From Cenococcum geophilum (lineage: Eukaryota), in assembly GCA_050273025.1 (NCBI GenBank), contig CP158635.1, forward strand, positions 24,056,001 through 24,120,000: a stretch of DNA of 64,000 nucleotides. The letters are read 5' to 3'. Below, piece after piece: positions 38,265 to 50,900 of the stretch. A model generated the notes under the pieces. It did no database searches, was not told where the DNA came from, and saw nothing but the letters and a program-made list of their open reading frames with translations. Made by a program: the position numbers and the translations under genes. Each line of letters opens with the position of its first letter. The first letter of the stretch is position 1.

Positions 38265-41200
38265 TCAAATTCTAAGTCCACCGAATTGACGCTCCAAGTC
38301 CGTCGCAGGTCTGACACCACCAACAGCCTCATGATCATGGCCACCAACCGGAGAACCGCATTGTGGGCATTGAGAGGTTTCCATCGGCATACCACACTCT
38401 CCAATCGTAAACGGGTGACCTTTCTCACAGTAATACCAATGCCCAGTGCCTCTAAAGTGAAGTGCCATGGCCGCATACACAGCAGCCTTTTCCTCATTGC
38501 TCACTGGCATATAGAATGTCGAATCGCGCAGCATCTTCTCAACGTCCTCAACTTCGTTTCTCATGCCTGCTGTTTGGCCAGGATGTTTATCACATATTTT
38601 GTGTGCGAGTTGAAGATGTCCCCTGGCCTCGCCCAAGAGCTGTGTAAGTTCTGATCCAGGCTCTGCGAGGCTACGCTCGAGGGCGAGAAACCGCGCCCAG
38701 TATAAGTGGCCCTCGACTGTGTTTCCTGGTTGATTTCTTGAATTGGATTCGGCTATCAATTTTTCGCATTCCTTTCTGTTGATGCTCAAATCGACCTGGA
38801 CGCTGGGAGAACTTTCGCTGGTCTCGCCTTTCCGATCATTGAGGAAAGTCAGGAGGATGGTGTAGTCACATCTAATGAGCAGCACTGTAGTTAGAAGTCG
38901 GTTGCGCACCTGAAGGATATCGACTTTGGAGTGTAAATCGATATTGATTCCACGATGTCTGCGGGCGTCTTGAACGAGGTCGTAGATGCGGCCAAAGGGT
39001 TGTTCTTTCTCATTGACCTGTTGCAGAAACTTCTTGATCTCTCTTCGAAGCCCGATGATCGTTTTATATCGGTTTTCTTTTCGCGTAATCGCCCCGATCT
39101 GGGAGATTTGGTGGTCACGAGTCCCCTTTAACTGAAGAGGTCCTGACAAAGGAGTTTCTGGCGATACCTTATCAGAAGCCTTTTGGCTGCCTCCAGCAGT
39201 CTCACGGAGCTCTGCCTCAATTGCTTGCATCTTGGTGACTAGAGGGATGAATTCCATGTTAGCCCAGACGATAAATTTCTTTGTCGCCTCGTCGATTAAT
39301 GCTCGACGAACGATACGACTGTAGCGGTTGAGGTTTCGTAAAGGGCCGCGGCAAGTTGGGCAGCTCTTCATCCCGGAGGCAGAGAATGGTTCGGCACCAT
39401 TCTTCAGGTCCACGATTGACCCTTCGCCATTCATAGTATAGAAATCTGACATGCTCATGTGTCCATCCATGCTCTCCAGGGTGAGGATGTGTCCGCATGA
39501 TGGGACGATGCAAGGATTCTCATGAAGATCGACCTCCTCGAAAGTGGATGACAAAATAAAGTCAACGACCATTCCCTTGATTGTTGGGTGCGCACAAATC
39601 TGACAATACGCAACACCTGGACAGACCTCCCCACAGATGGACGGACATCGGTGCCCACAAGCCAACATCTTTGCACAGCGCTCTGAGCATGGTAGCAGAT
39701 CACAGGGCACTGCACATGGTAACGGACACCGTCCGCGATGTGGACAAGACCAGGAACAATCCTCAGCACATGGTGCGCAAGGCTCATGACATAGCTTGCT
39801 GCATTTCGAATGATTGCAGCTGACTTCGCAGGGTTCCGTGCAAAGAGGACAGGGCATGTCGCCATGGCATGGAGCTTTGCAGCTATGACTGCAGGTCGTG
39901 TATGGTCTTCCACACTGGGTGTTACAAACTCCATGTATCTTCTCAACAATGATACCGTCAATCCTGATATTGCAATCTTTGCAAGTATGCGTGCAGTTGT
40001 GTCCACAAGTTAGCACTGCTCCGCAGGTTGCTGAACAGGGGTAATCAACATCCAAAGGCAGTTTGTGACAACGGACTCGGATTTTATGTTTGCAATGCTT
40101 CATGACTTGCTCCATCTGGACCTGACAGCGAACTTCCTTTGGTATCTGCGCCTCATGACATTTCAGCTGCCTGGCGATGTGTCCACATGGTAAAGGGATG
40201 TCGAATAATACGACTTGGCATTTTGGCTCGCATAGATCTCCGCAAGGTCTCGGACACTCATGCTCGCAACCTTTCTTTGTTCTTGGACAGCGTTCAAGGC
40301 AGCGAACTGCATTATGCAAAGATGTAGAATGGCACATATTAGGACAGGAATGCCCACAGAGCAGTCTCGACGAGCATCTCTTAGCACAGCCGCCTTCAGG
40401 GGCGAGCCGAGCGAAATCGTCCGGCACTGAGACTTCGATGGGTGTTTCTTTATGTCTAGGACAGCATAGTGCAAGGCTTGGACCGATGTTGTTCGAGCGC
40501 TCTAGAATAGAGAGTACTTCAGCCCACATGGGAACAGGCCTCGAGGTATCGGAATTGCCGATGATGTACATCCCATGTCGAGCACGACTCAGCAACACAT
40601 TAATGCGATTAGAAGTCTTCAAGAATCCACATTTCCGCTCATTGTTGCTCCGAACTAAGGAGACGACAATAACTAGGGCCTCCTCGCCCTGAAAATTATC
40701 TACTGTCGCAATTCTTAAAGCATTCAGCAGTGTCGTTTTCTGGACCTGGACTTGGCCATCTGTAGAAGTTTCCTGGTCGTCTTGAAGTCCCTTAGCTTCC
40801 AACTCTTCTTGATCTCGATCCCCAACAACAATCTCGAAGGAATTCGCTAGTCGTTTCTTGATTTTCTGCAATTGCCCCAGATATGGAGTAATAACTGCAA
40901 TATCCTCACTCCCATACGTTCCCTGCCTTACAAGATGTGAGACAAGAGCAGCGATCATATCCACTTCGAAAGTATTGGTTCTGGATAAGGAGACAGCTTG
41001 GGCAGGTCGCGGGTCTTCTTTTTCCTGGTGGTCAAGCCAATATAAGCGATCTCGCATCCCATCGACTTCCGGATATTCTAACACTGAGGGATGATCTTGC
41101 AAGTCCGGATAGAGCGGGACTCTGACTAGCTCTGAGATGGAGGGGTGCATTCGTCGCTGAGTCTTCAATGTGCTCAATGGTACCTGGAGATTCCCCATCT

Positions 41201-44105
41201 GCGGCCTGACGAGACGCTCAAACAGCGAGATGTCGAGGGAATATCTCTTGCCTCGGGGATTGTCATGTTGAAGCTCGTAGTTGTTTATTTGGGGCCGGAG
41301 TTGTTCGTGATCGCCGATTAAGATTGCATGTTCAACTCCAGGTAGGAATGCAGTGAGGGTGTGTGCCTCGAGAACTTCTCCAGCTTCTTCGCAAAGCATG
41401 ACTTTTGCTCGCACGCGCTGGAGCAACTCGATGTTCCTTGCCAACCCGGACGTCGTCACGCCGATGATGTGCGCTTCCCGGAGACATCGAAGATCCAGTT
41501 CATTGTGACATTTATCCAGCGCGGATTTGGAATCATGGTAGGAATCCAGTGCATGAATGAGGTCATTGGTGAGTTGCGCACTCCTTTGCTCAATCCAATG
41601 CTTGTGAAGAACACCACGCTCCGACGCTGACATCTCTCTCAGAGAAATGGCCGTGAGCTGAGCAACAGGACGATTCGAAGCGAGTTTCTTCGGTGCTCCT
41701 CTAAGCCAACTCTCTACAACCCTAAACTTCCTTCCCTTCACTTCCTGAAACCCCTCCTCATCTACCCCCTTCCCGAACAATTCCTTAAAATGCCGATTAT
41801 GGGTCCTCATAAGATGAGCTTGGATATTTGTCCAAGAATTTGGATTATTCAACCCAGACAATATATCTTCAATTTCTCGCAGCGTTTCCCCAATATCCCG
41901 ATTGTGTTCCCACCTATCATGTTTTTCCGTCTTCGTGGGCACGGCTGCTTCCGCTACATGACGGAGAGTGAGGTTTTGAAGCAAATCGGATTTGGATCGT
42001 GAGCCTAGACGGATGACTTGCATTACGCCATCCTTCACTAAATGCTCTAACAACTGATCGAGAGCATGATTCGTGTAGCATACACAGATGATGGGACCTA
42101 GGTCGGCTGCCTTTCGGTTGTGGAGTAAAGCCTTGATGATTGCCACACCGGTATAACTCTTTCCTGTACCTGGCGGGCCTTGAATGAGAGCTAGTTCTGT
42201 ACTGAGAGCTTGGATGACGGCGAATTGTTGGGCTTCGTCGAGCGTGGACCCTCCGTCCAGCTTGGTGAAATCAAATGATTGTCCGGGTTTTAGAGCCAGT
42301 GGTACGCCGGCGAGAACGTCGAGGTTGAAACTGAACCCCCTTTTGGTCGCGTATGCTGGAGGCCTTATGACGGCAGCAGAAGTTTGAGAGTCCGGTGCAA
42401 CGATCTCCGCGAATGGAAGGCTCAGCTCCCGGCTCATTTTCTGCAACGCTTGCAGAGTTGGCTGAAAAGAAGGTAAGAGCACCCCCGGGAACTCAACGAG
42501 TGATTGTCGAATTTTGGAAGGTGAAATGTGAGTACTGATCCAAATGGCATCTTCCGTTTTATATTCAGCTAGACTGAGTAGCACAGACGCGCGATTCGCT
42601 TGTCTGAAAAGGCTGGGAATATCATTTGATCTTCTCTTGTCGTCCGAATTGGAGTCCTTTCTTCTGTGGGGTGGCAATATTGGATCGCAGACGGAGAGGA
42701 AGATGATTTTGCCATTTGAAGAGACGAAGCAGACTAGCGAATCGACTTGCAAAAGCTTGCTTCCTTTCCACCAGTCTTCTCGCTGCTTCATAGATTTTTT
42801 GTTGATTTGGGGAGGTTGGTCGAATTCTGCTACGACTTGCAGACCTTTTCTGCGATCTACACACATACGGGAAAAGTGGACGTTGCGATAGATGAGCTTC
42901 CGAACTCCTTGTTGACCTTGGTGTGTTGTTGGTACATTACGATTGGGATGTTCTAGTCTTGTAACCTCTTCACGCACTGCATCTCGTAGTTGTCCCACTG
43001 TATCTTCGCGGAGGAGTCGGAATTGTCTGTCCAGGAGTCCGGCGAGACCTGGCAGGTGGCGTTGTGTTGAGTCGATTAATGGGAGGTATTCTTGTCGTGG
43101 GGAAGCGATCTCTCGCGCTGTGGGGAGAATCTGGATATCGGCGATACTCGCATGATCGTTATCGTGTCGAGCGCCGTTGTTGGAGAGGTTTCCAGGCAAG
43201 TCTTGACTCAACTCGAAGGCTGCAGATAGGAGGTTTTGCGGAGTTGGTTGGGTTGGTGCGAGAGGCAACGAAGAGCCGATGTTGAGACGACGTCTGATTC
43301 GAGTGAGGCTTTGTTGTGCATTCGGTACCATGAAATTCTCTGGGATGCAGGCAGAGATTGTCTCTACAATGGTAGTGAAGCCTTCGATGACTTGGGCACT
43401 CTGGTTGATCTCGATCAGCTGGTCTAGAACTGCCAGACTTGATGATATGGCAATGGTAGAGACTTCCTCATCGCTTGAAGAATGTCCCAAAATCATTCCA
43501 CTTAGAGCAGTTGCTGTAAAGCGGAACGCACGGAGACCACGCCGGCCGCTGGGACCGAAGAGAAAGGTGTAGATGGTATCAACAGGAGTCTCTAGTATTA
43601 GCGAGGATAGCACATCCGGGTGAGAGATGATCCTGTAGAAAGGAAGAGTCCTATCTCTAAATATCGAGACAGTGGTTTCGTCCTTTTGGCTGGCATCCAT
43701 AATGTCTGTTAGGGTCTTGATGATTGCAAGTCCCGTCTCTGCACCGAGTTTGGTGATGACGTGCTGCCGTGTTCCTGCATCCCCGCTCTCCATGAGATTC
43801 CAGCCCATCTGGAGAAACTTTTTGGTGTCCACAGCAGCTTCGAAACGTGAGGAATTCGTGTTGGGTCTGGGAATCATGTATGTCCATTTTCGGTAGATTG
43901 TTTCGGTTTCAGTCTCCTCGCGAAGCTGTGCATTCGTGGTGCTTGATGAGCTTACGGTGGTCGTTGATGTATCATGGCTGAATCGACAGTGGGTGCCGCG
44001 GTGGCAACGGCCGCGTTTGAAGTCGAAGCAGGGCCCTGGTCTATTGTGCCCTGAAGTCAGTGATTATTCTCATAAAAAAGGTAGAGTATCGAGTGCTCAC
44101 GGCAT
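38265..44105 (-). CDS. ZNFX1-like protein (~1926 aa): CCCH finger, UPF1-like SF1 RNA helicase, NF-X1 zinc fingers, RING-like segment, RZ finger
   Basis: 5-nt exon ATGCC (44105-44101) and intron 44100-44041 give MPPGPCFDFKRGRCHRGTHCRFSH (CCCH), in frame with the 1870-aa ORF. Helicase motifs GPPGTGKS, YTNHALDQ, EEAGE, LIGDHEQLRP, SLFERL, TVDNFQGEE and NRINVLLSRA. Repeated LxCGHxC. C-terminal GHWYYCEKGHPFTIGECGMPMETSQCPQCGSPVGG. Confidence 0.95.
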
Positions 44106-45823
44106 TCTAGAAGGTGTGTATTGGGATCTTCTAGACTTATGGATGACTGACTAAAGATTGTAAGTAAACGGGCAGAGCAAGTAATGCTGCTGATAGCCAG
44201 AGGTTGCGGCGTGAGAAGGCTATGATTGAAGGAGGTAAAGGGTAGAAAATGGCAGAAACACTGATGATTTGACAGTGGTACATAGCAGAACAAGAATTAA
44301 CCTGCGCAGGAAATGCTTTGGGAAGTCCCATCAGGCTCTGGAGCCTCCCGCTTCACCTTGGGGCAGCTTTGAGGCTCCAAACGACTGGTTACTGGAAGAG
44401 CATGCATGATGAGAAGTTCTAAATCATTCTGTCGAATAAGACGTCGCTGGCAAACGCGCAATGCGCTGTTTGAGCATCGACAGCCAAATCAGACGAAGGA
44501 AGTCCCGGCACGGCAACGGCCGTTTAACGTAGCTGACCGGGAAGCGAGTCACTCACGAAGCGAGCCACACAAGAAAATGTCTACCATTTTTTATTTCATA
44601 GCAAATTACACCAAAATCAAAAAGCCTCAGCATTTACACAGTGCCAAATCAATCTTTACCCTCTCGTGAAGCCGAGACCACCATATAAAATATTATACAG
44701 GATCTCTCTTCTGGTGTTGATCCGTCGATTCGCAAGGCCTCTAGCGCCCACGGAGCACCCAGATCTACCGTTGGACATCGTCTGCTGGCTCCCACGACAC
44801 GAAGCTTACCCTGGTTTATTGCATCCTTTATAAGAGCAGCAAATTATTAAATAGATCCACGAATGTTAATTCTAGGGCCTTCCATTAAAGGTAGTAAGCT
44901 AACATGCGGAACGTTGATCCCCCAACGTAAATTTTGACCCGAGTTTATAAGTAATAAGCCAATCAATTTTAGAGCTTTATTATATAGACTTTAATTAATA
45001 TATATAGAGATAAGGTTTTCCAGGGGGAGACCCCCTGGGACCCCCCTATATAGAGCTTTTGCTTAATTTAGAAGTAGTAGTAAGATTAAGGCGCCTTGGT
45101 CACTGCTAGGTAAGGATCTACTACAGTGACCGAGGCGCCCTACTTAAGCTGGGCTTAAGGATTATATTGGTCACGAATCTAGTATATATTTAGACTGCAG
45201 AGCTTTAATATAGAGCCCTCTACGTAGGATCTGATATAGTAGATTATAATTCCAATTTAAAGCTTTATATACTAAATATTTTTAATACCTAATAACTAAA
45301 TCGCCGTATAGCTGGAATTAAAATAAGTCTACTACCCCAACTTAATTAAATACGCGTGTAGGAAGAGACATAACTATATATAAAGACGTCTGACATAATT
45401 AAGTAACCATGTTATTGCCCACCTAGTTCGGACATATAACAACGTAATGGCTCAGTAACAACGTAATAGCTTGGCGCCGAGTAATAGGAGGGGGGAGGAG
45501 GGGGAGGAGATTAGGGGTAGCTTGGCCACTACAAGAAGGTCATAATATTAGTATAGTATTAAACTTTAAAAATTATATCCCGGGAGCTTAATTAACGACC
45601 CCTATATAAAACGTTAATAATGTTTAATTATAGAGCTTTAAACTAGCAGATCTTCTAGAAATGCCTATTATAAGTAGCTCCGAGTACAAAATCTAGAATA
45701 TTTAGTAGTGGTGTAAGTATAGGACGGGGTATATATTTGCGTTCCCAAATATTATCACGTAATATAATTTTTAGGTAACAAAAACCGCCGTTAATATTGC
45801 TCGACTGACACCTACTAGAGGTT

Positions 45824-46787
45824 CCTCCGTCCTTCCTATCTCCTCTCTTACCCGTCTCCTTATTAGATGCTATCTATATCGCCATATTAACCAATAGATC
45901 CCTTAGTAGAGACTAGAGAGGGGTATTAGAGCGCCTCTAGCTCTTATAAGGAAGAAGAAAGAAGAAAAAAGGAAGGTATAGAGGAGGGAGTATTTATAAA
46001 TAGGAGGAGGCCTGCGAACGGGAGATTAGGCAGCTATAATATAGACATTAACGTTGCTTAACTAATACCTACTAGACGCCCCTTCGTCCTTTTTATCTTC
46101 TCTCTTACCCGTCTCCTCATTAAATGCTATCTATATCGCCACGTCGACCAATAGATCCCTTAGTAGGGACTAGGGAGGAGTATTAAAGCACCTTTAACTC
46201 TTATAAGGAAGAAGAAAAGAAGAGAGGAAGGTATAAAGGAGGGAGTATTTATAGATGGGAGGAGGCCTGCGAATAGGAGATTAGGTAGCCATAATATAGA
46301 CATTAACATTGCTCAACTAATACTTACTGGACGCCCCTTCGTCCTTCCTATCTCCTCTCTTACCCGTCTCCTCATTAAATGCTATTTATATCGCTACGTT
46401 AACTAATAGATCCCTTAGTGGGGACTAGGGAGGGGTATTAGAGCACCTCTAGCTCTTATAAGGAAGAAGAAAAAAAGAAAGAAAGGTATAGAGGAGGGAG
46501 TATTTATAGATAGGAGGAGGCCTGCAAGTATAGGAGATTAGGCAGCTATAATATAGCTAGTAATGTTGCTCAACTAATATATACCGGACGCCCCTCCGTC
46601 CTTTCTATCCTCTCTCGCCCATCTCGTCGTCCAATGCTATTTATATTACCACGTCGACCAATAGATCCCTTAGTAGGGACTAGAGAGAGGTATTAGAGTA
46701 CCTCTAGCTCTTATAAGGAAGAAGAAAGAAGAAAAGAGGAAGGTATAGAGGAGGGAGTATTTATAGACGGGAGGAGGCCCTGCGAGT
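45824..46787. repeat. ~255-bp tandem repeat, about 3.8 copies, in the Helentron 3' region
   Basis: Anchor ATAGATCCCTTAGT recurs at 45894, 46151, 46406 and 46661. Each unit has a pyrimidine-rich half and a purine-rich half. Confidence 0.93.
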
Positions 46788-47959
46788 ACGTAATTTGGTA
46801 AGTACTAATAGTATAAGATTCTTATATAAGATGGGCTTAATTGCTTACTAAAATACGGGGTGTCTTTGTCACTGCAGTGGCTACTATAGTAGCTACTGCA
46901 GTAGTAGAGACGCCTTAAATATTTAATATAACCGACTACTAAGGCTGTTAATAAGTGAAAGGTAGGCTACCGATATAGTGTAAACGATATAATTGTTAAT
47001 ATCGTTTATAGCCTGTTTTTGCTTCTAGTGTACACGTAAATCGTCCTTATATTTAGCGTAGAGCTAGTTATAGGCAGTAAGCTAGTTTAGGTCTAGCTTT
47101 ACTATTAATATAGCCGTAGGTAATATGTCCCTTAGTATAGGCCGACTTAATAGTTCTGGCTTTAAAAGATCGTTTTTCTTCTTAGATAGGTCGATATACT
47201 GCTATACCTCGTTAGTTTTAGCTATGTCTTAGATAATAAAGAACTATTAAATCTAATTAGATAGCTTGTTAAGGATAAGATTAATTTTTAATTTAGTAAA
47301 GGTTGTTATTTTTGGAATTTAATAGGTTAGGAAGGGTCTGGGTTAGGGTCCAGCTAGCGTCTTAATAGAACCTTATTTGGACGTTCCGAACTTTTAATTT
47401 AATTTATCAGTTTGGATTACTAAAATCTAAAATTTTATCACGGGGAGCGCAATTAATAACTCCTACTAACAGCTTTAACTACGTCTAATTTTTAATTTAT
47501 AAATCGGCAGATTTATAGGTAATAGTTATTATAAGTAGCTCCAGGTATAGTATATATAAAATCTTAACTATAGTATAGAGAAGTCGTGGCTGCTAATATA
47601 GGGTCCTAAGTATTCTTAGAGGTCACGTGACTTCTTATATAAGCGACATTTCCGCCCTTTAAAAAAATTAAAAAATTCTAAAAATCGATTAACGCTATAG
47701 ATAGCAGCAATATTGATCCGGTAGTACTACTAATTCTCCCTATATACTATTATATATATATCTAATAGCTCTAGAAGCGGTAAGAAGGTAGGACGGATAG
47801 GGGGGTTAAAATTTAGAAAATTGGATTTCGCGGTTAAGCTGTTTAAAGGTTAGGAAACTAAGACAAATGCTATATTCTCCGCTTACCTCTAAGCCAGTAT
47901 ATAATTTCCTAATTAGGAAAAGTCGTTTATAAGTAGTTGCTACTACCTCCGTATAAAAT

Positions 47960-50900
47960 CTTCTTATTATACCTTTTTAGTCTTACTTATAGATAACTAA
48001 AATCGTTCTATATTAAACCTACGTTTAAATATAAGCCCTAAAAGCTTCTTAATTTATAAGATTGCTATATAGGTTAGCCTAGCTGTTTTATCCTTTTCTT
48101 TAACATCTAGAACTACCTAGTTAAGTATTAGGCCTTAGCTTTTATATACGGTAAGAGTAAAAGCTAAAGTAATTAGAAATTGACGCTATAAGTAAGAGCC
48201 TCTTATACCCTCCTATTTATAAAGTACGGAAAATATAGGGATAACTTTCTTACTATCCTGCTAAGTAAATAGGGTAGGTCCGTTATACCCATCTACCGTA
48301 ATTAGTAGTAACTAAGGCTGATCCTTTTTAATATCCGCGTGTCCCTTCTATATAACATCTTTAACTATACTAGTAGTACCGTTTACTAAGCCTAGTTTAA
48401 TCTAGATATTCTATATTAGTATTACTTTTGCGCTAATATATAGGGCTAGATTCTCTATAGTATTATACTAATTAGGAGTAACTTTCTGCGCACCTATACC
48501 AGTGTTAACTGACTTAATAGCTACTACTGGCTATAAAAAATCGCGAAGCTAAATAGTGTTATACTTACCTATAGCAGCGCGTGTACTATATAGCCAAATT
48601 ACGTTGTTAAAGCCCGTAACCTTATTAGTAGATAGGCCCTACTTATACCTAGTTAAAAGAAGCTTCTAGGTTAAATTACTTATAGAATTACTACGTAGCT
48701 TTATAAGGGCGGTCCTAAATATAGAGCTCTTAGCATTATTACCACCCTGCCGTATAATTTGATTTAGGACAGCAGTTCGGTTAATTGCCTTATAGGCTCC
48801 CTTTCTATAGCTAGCGAGCTCTAACGGCCTAGCGGGTAGATTACTATATAAGGCCGCCTGACCTATAGGGGGAAGCTAATGGAAATCGCCTACTAGTAAG
48901 ATGTTTAAGCCTCTAAAGTAGTTATTATTACGCGTAGGGTAGATCTAACGGAGGCGGCGATTAATCTAGGCTAGATATACTTACCTAATTATAAATTTCT
49001 CATTAAGAATAAGATAGTGAATATCCTTAAAAGCTTGTTATAGAGGCGTAAGACTGGCAGTAGGCAATTCCTTAAAGGGGCGATTTACTAGCAACCTTAA
49101 TAGTTTGTATATAGTTCTACCGTTAATATTAAAGGCAGCTACTCTAGTAGGGGCGGCTTAAACTAATAGCGACGGCTTACTATTAGATATGGCTATATTA
49201 TAAAGCGTAGTAGATAGAATAGTAATAAGATATAACTTGCCGGTTCCTACCTCTCTATTAACGTTAATCCACAGTAGGGGGGGGCTAAGGCCTACTTAGA
49301 TCTGCCTATAGTAATTAACTACAACATTATAGATATAACGCTAACCTGGTTATAAGGAGGACGGAGTTACTATTTAGGATAGGCGGCTCCACGGTAGAGG
49401 CTATAGCTATACTTCCTACCAATAAGTCCTTTTATTAAGCTGCGGGTACATACCCTAATACGTACTTTAGTCGTAGTTATAATCAAGCTCCCTATTACCA
49501 AGCCTGTTAGGATCCTTAATTTTAACTCCGTTAGTATTTCGAATGCGGGTATATAAGGCCTTAAAGGACTAGTATAGCTCTAAGTCGTCTGCGAAATCGC
49601 CCTTAAACTTATTAATATCATTAGCAGTTTCGCGACCTTCCTCTAGTTTCCGATTGCAGAAGTAGTTAGGCTAATACTAATAAGAGTTAACGCAAGCCTA
49701 ATAGGAAGCCATATAATCAGGAGCCCCAAATCCATTAGTATAAGTAGCCACTTTCTTATACTCCCTCTACGGGTAATAAAGAATAAGCTTTACGCGGTAG
49801 AACTTAGGATACTATAGATAGGAATGATCGCCGTTATATTGCGGAAAGTATAATATAACTTAAGGCCTTGCTCTTGGCCAACGCTTATAAGTAAAGTAAT
49901 TAAAATAGAGTAGAAAATTAAGGAAAGTAACGTCCTTTACCCTATCTAGGCAGCGATTATATTTCTTATAGTTAGACAGCCCGCACCCTCTTAGTTACCT
50001 ATTAGTAAGCTTATACATAGCGCTTTAATTATCCTCCTAGTAGTAGTTTAAAGTTACTATATTCCTAGAGCCTTTGTAAAAGGGAATATTAAAAAGCAAA
50101 TAGTATACCTCCTACGCTAACTAATTACGTTTAGTAATAAGCTTATTTATAAACCTGGCCACGACCGAACTAAAGGCATAAAGGCTATTAGCGTATAGCT
50201 ATACTAATTAGAGTAACTCTTAGTAGGAAGTCAACTTCTTCTTTTCCTTGCTGTAATACTTGCCTATATAGTTAACTATTACTAATATGCTTATAGCGGG
50301 TAATATATTAATATTCGCCATCCACGCTAATATTATAGCTGTATTATAACCATTAAGAAGCTTATTATTACGCTATAGACAGAACATTTAGTAATATGGA
50401 TTTTAATTCTTTAATACAGCAGCCTTATTACAGAGAGAGCGTGGAAAATAAAAGCGGCACTCCTTTACTCTAGTGGAGCCTTTCTTTAATCTTAAGCAGT
50501 AAGATTTGGTGCAATTATAGTGCCGTTAAAATCAATTAAGGCAGGTAGTAAGAAGCTTACTAGTACTAAGCTGTTCTTTATAGCTAAAAGCAGAAGGATA
50601 TTAGAGATTAGGAGGCCTAGATTAATTAGGATTAATTATAGATATAAAAGTAGCCTAGTACTTAGTAAAAGCCGCCCTTAATTTAATAGCTAACGGATCT
50701 GGCCTTAGGGCTATTAAACTCCATAAAAAGCTATATATATAGCCGCTACCTTATACCTACCACTCATATCGGGACCAAAAGTCAGTGCTATTAAATAGGC
50801 CTACAAGCACGTGTTTCCTAAATAGATTAAAGCGGCGATATAGCCAGTAAGCAGCAATATATAAATTATTGTTAAGATTCTAAAAAGTAATCTAGTAGCG

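Noticed and set aside
38286..43896. Many antisense and alternate-frame ORFs over the ZNFX1-like gene (likewise over PLD, rhomboid, MFS, TF and ThrRS)
   Set aside because: Shadow ORFs expected in GC-balanced coding DNA, with no independent motifs.
47960..49300. Host PIF1 helicase gene
   Set aside because: It is fused to an HUH Rep domain, riddled with RIP stops and bounded by Helentron-type termini.
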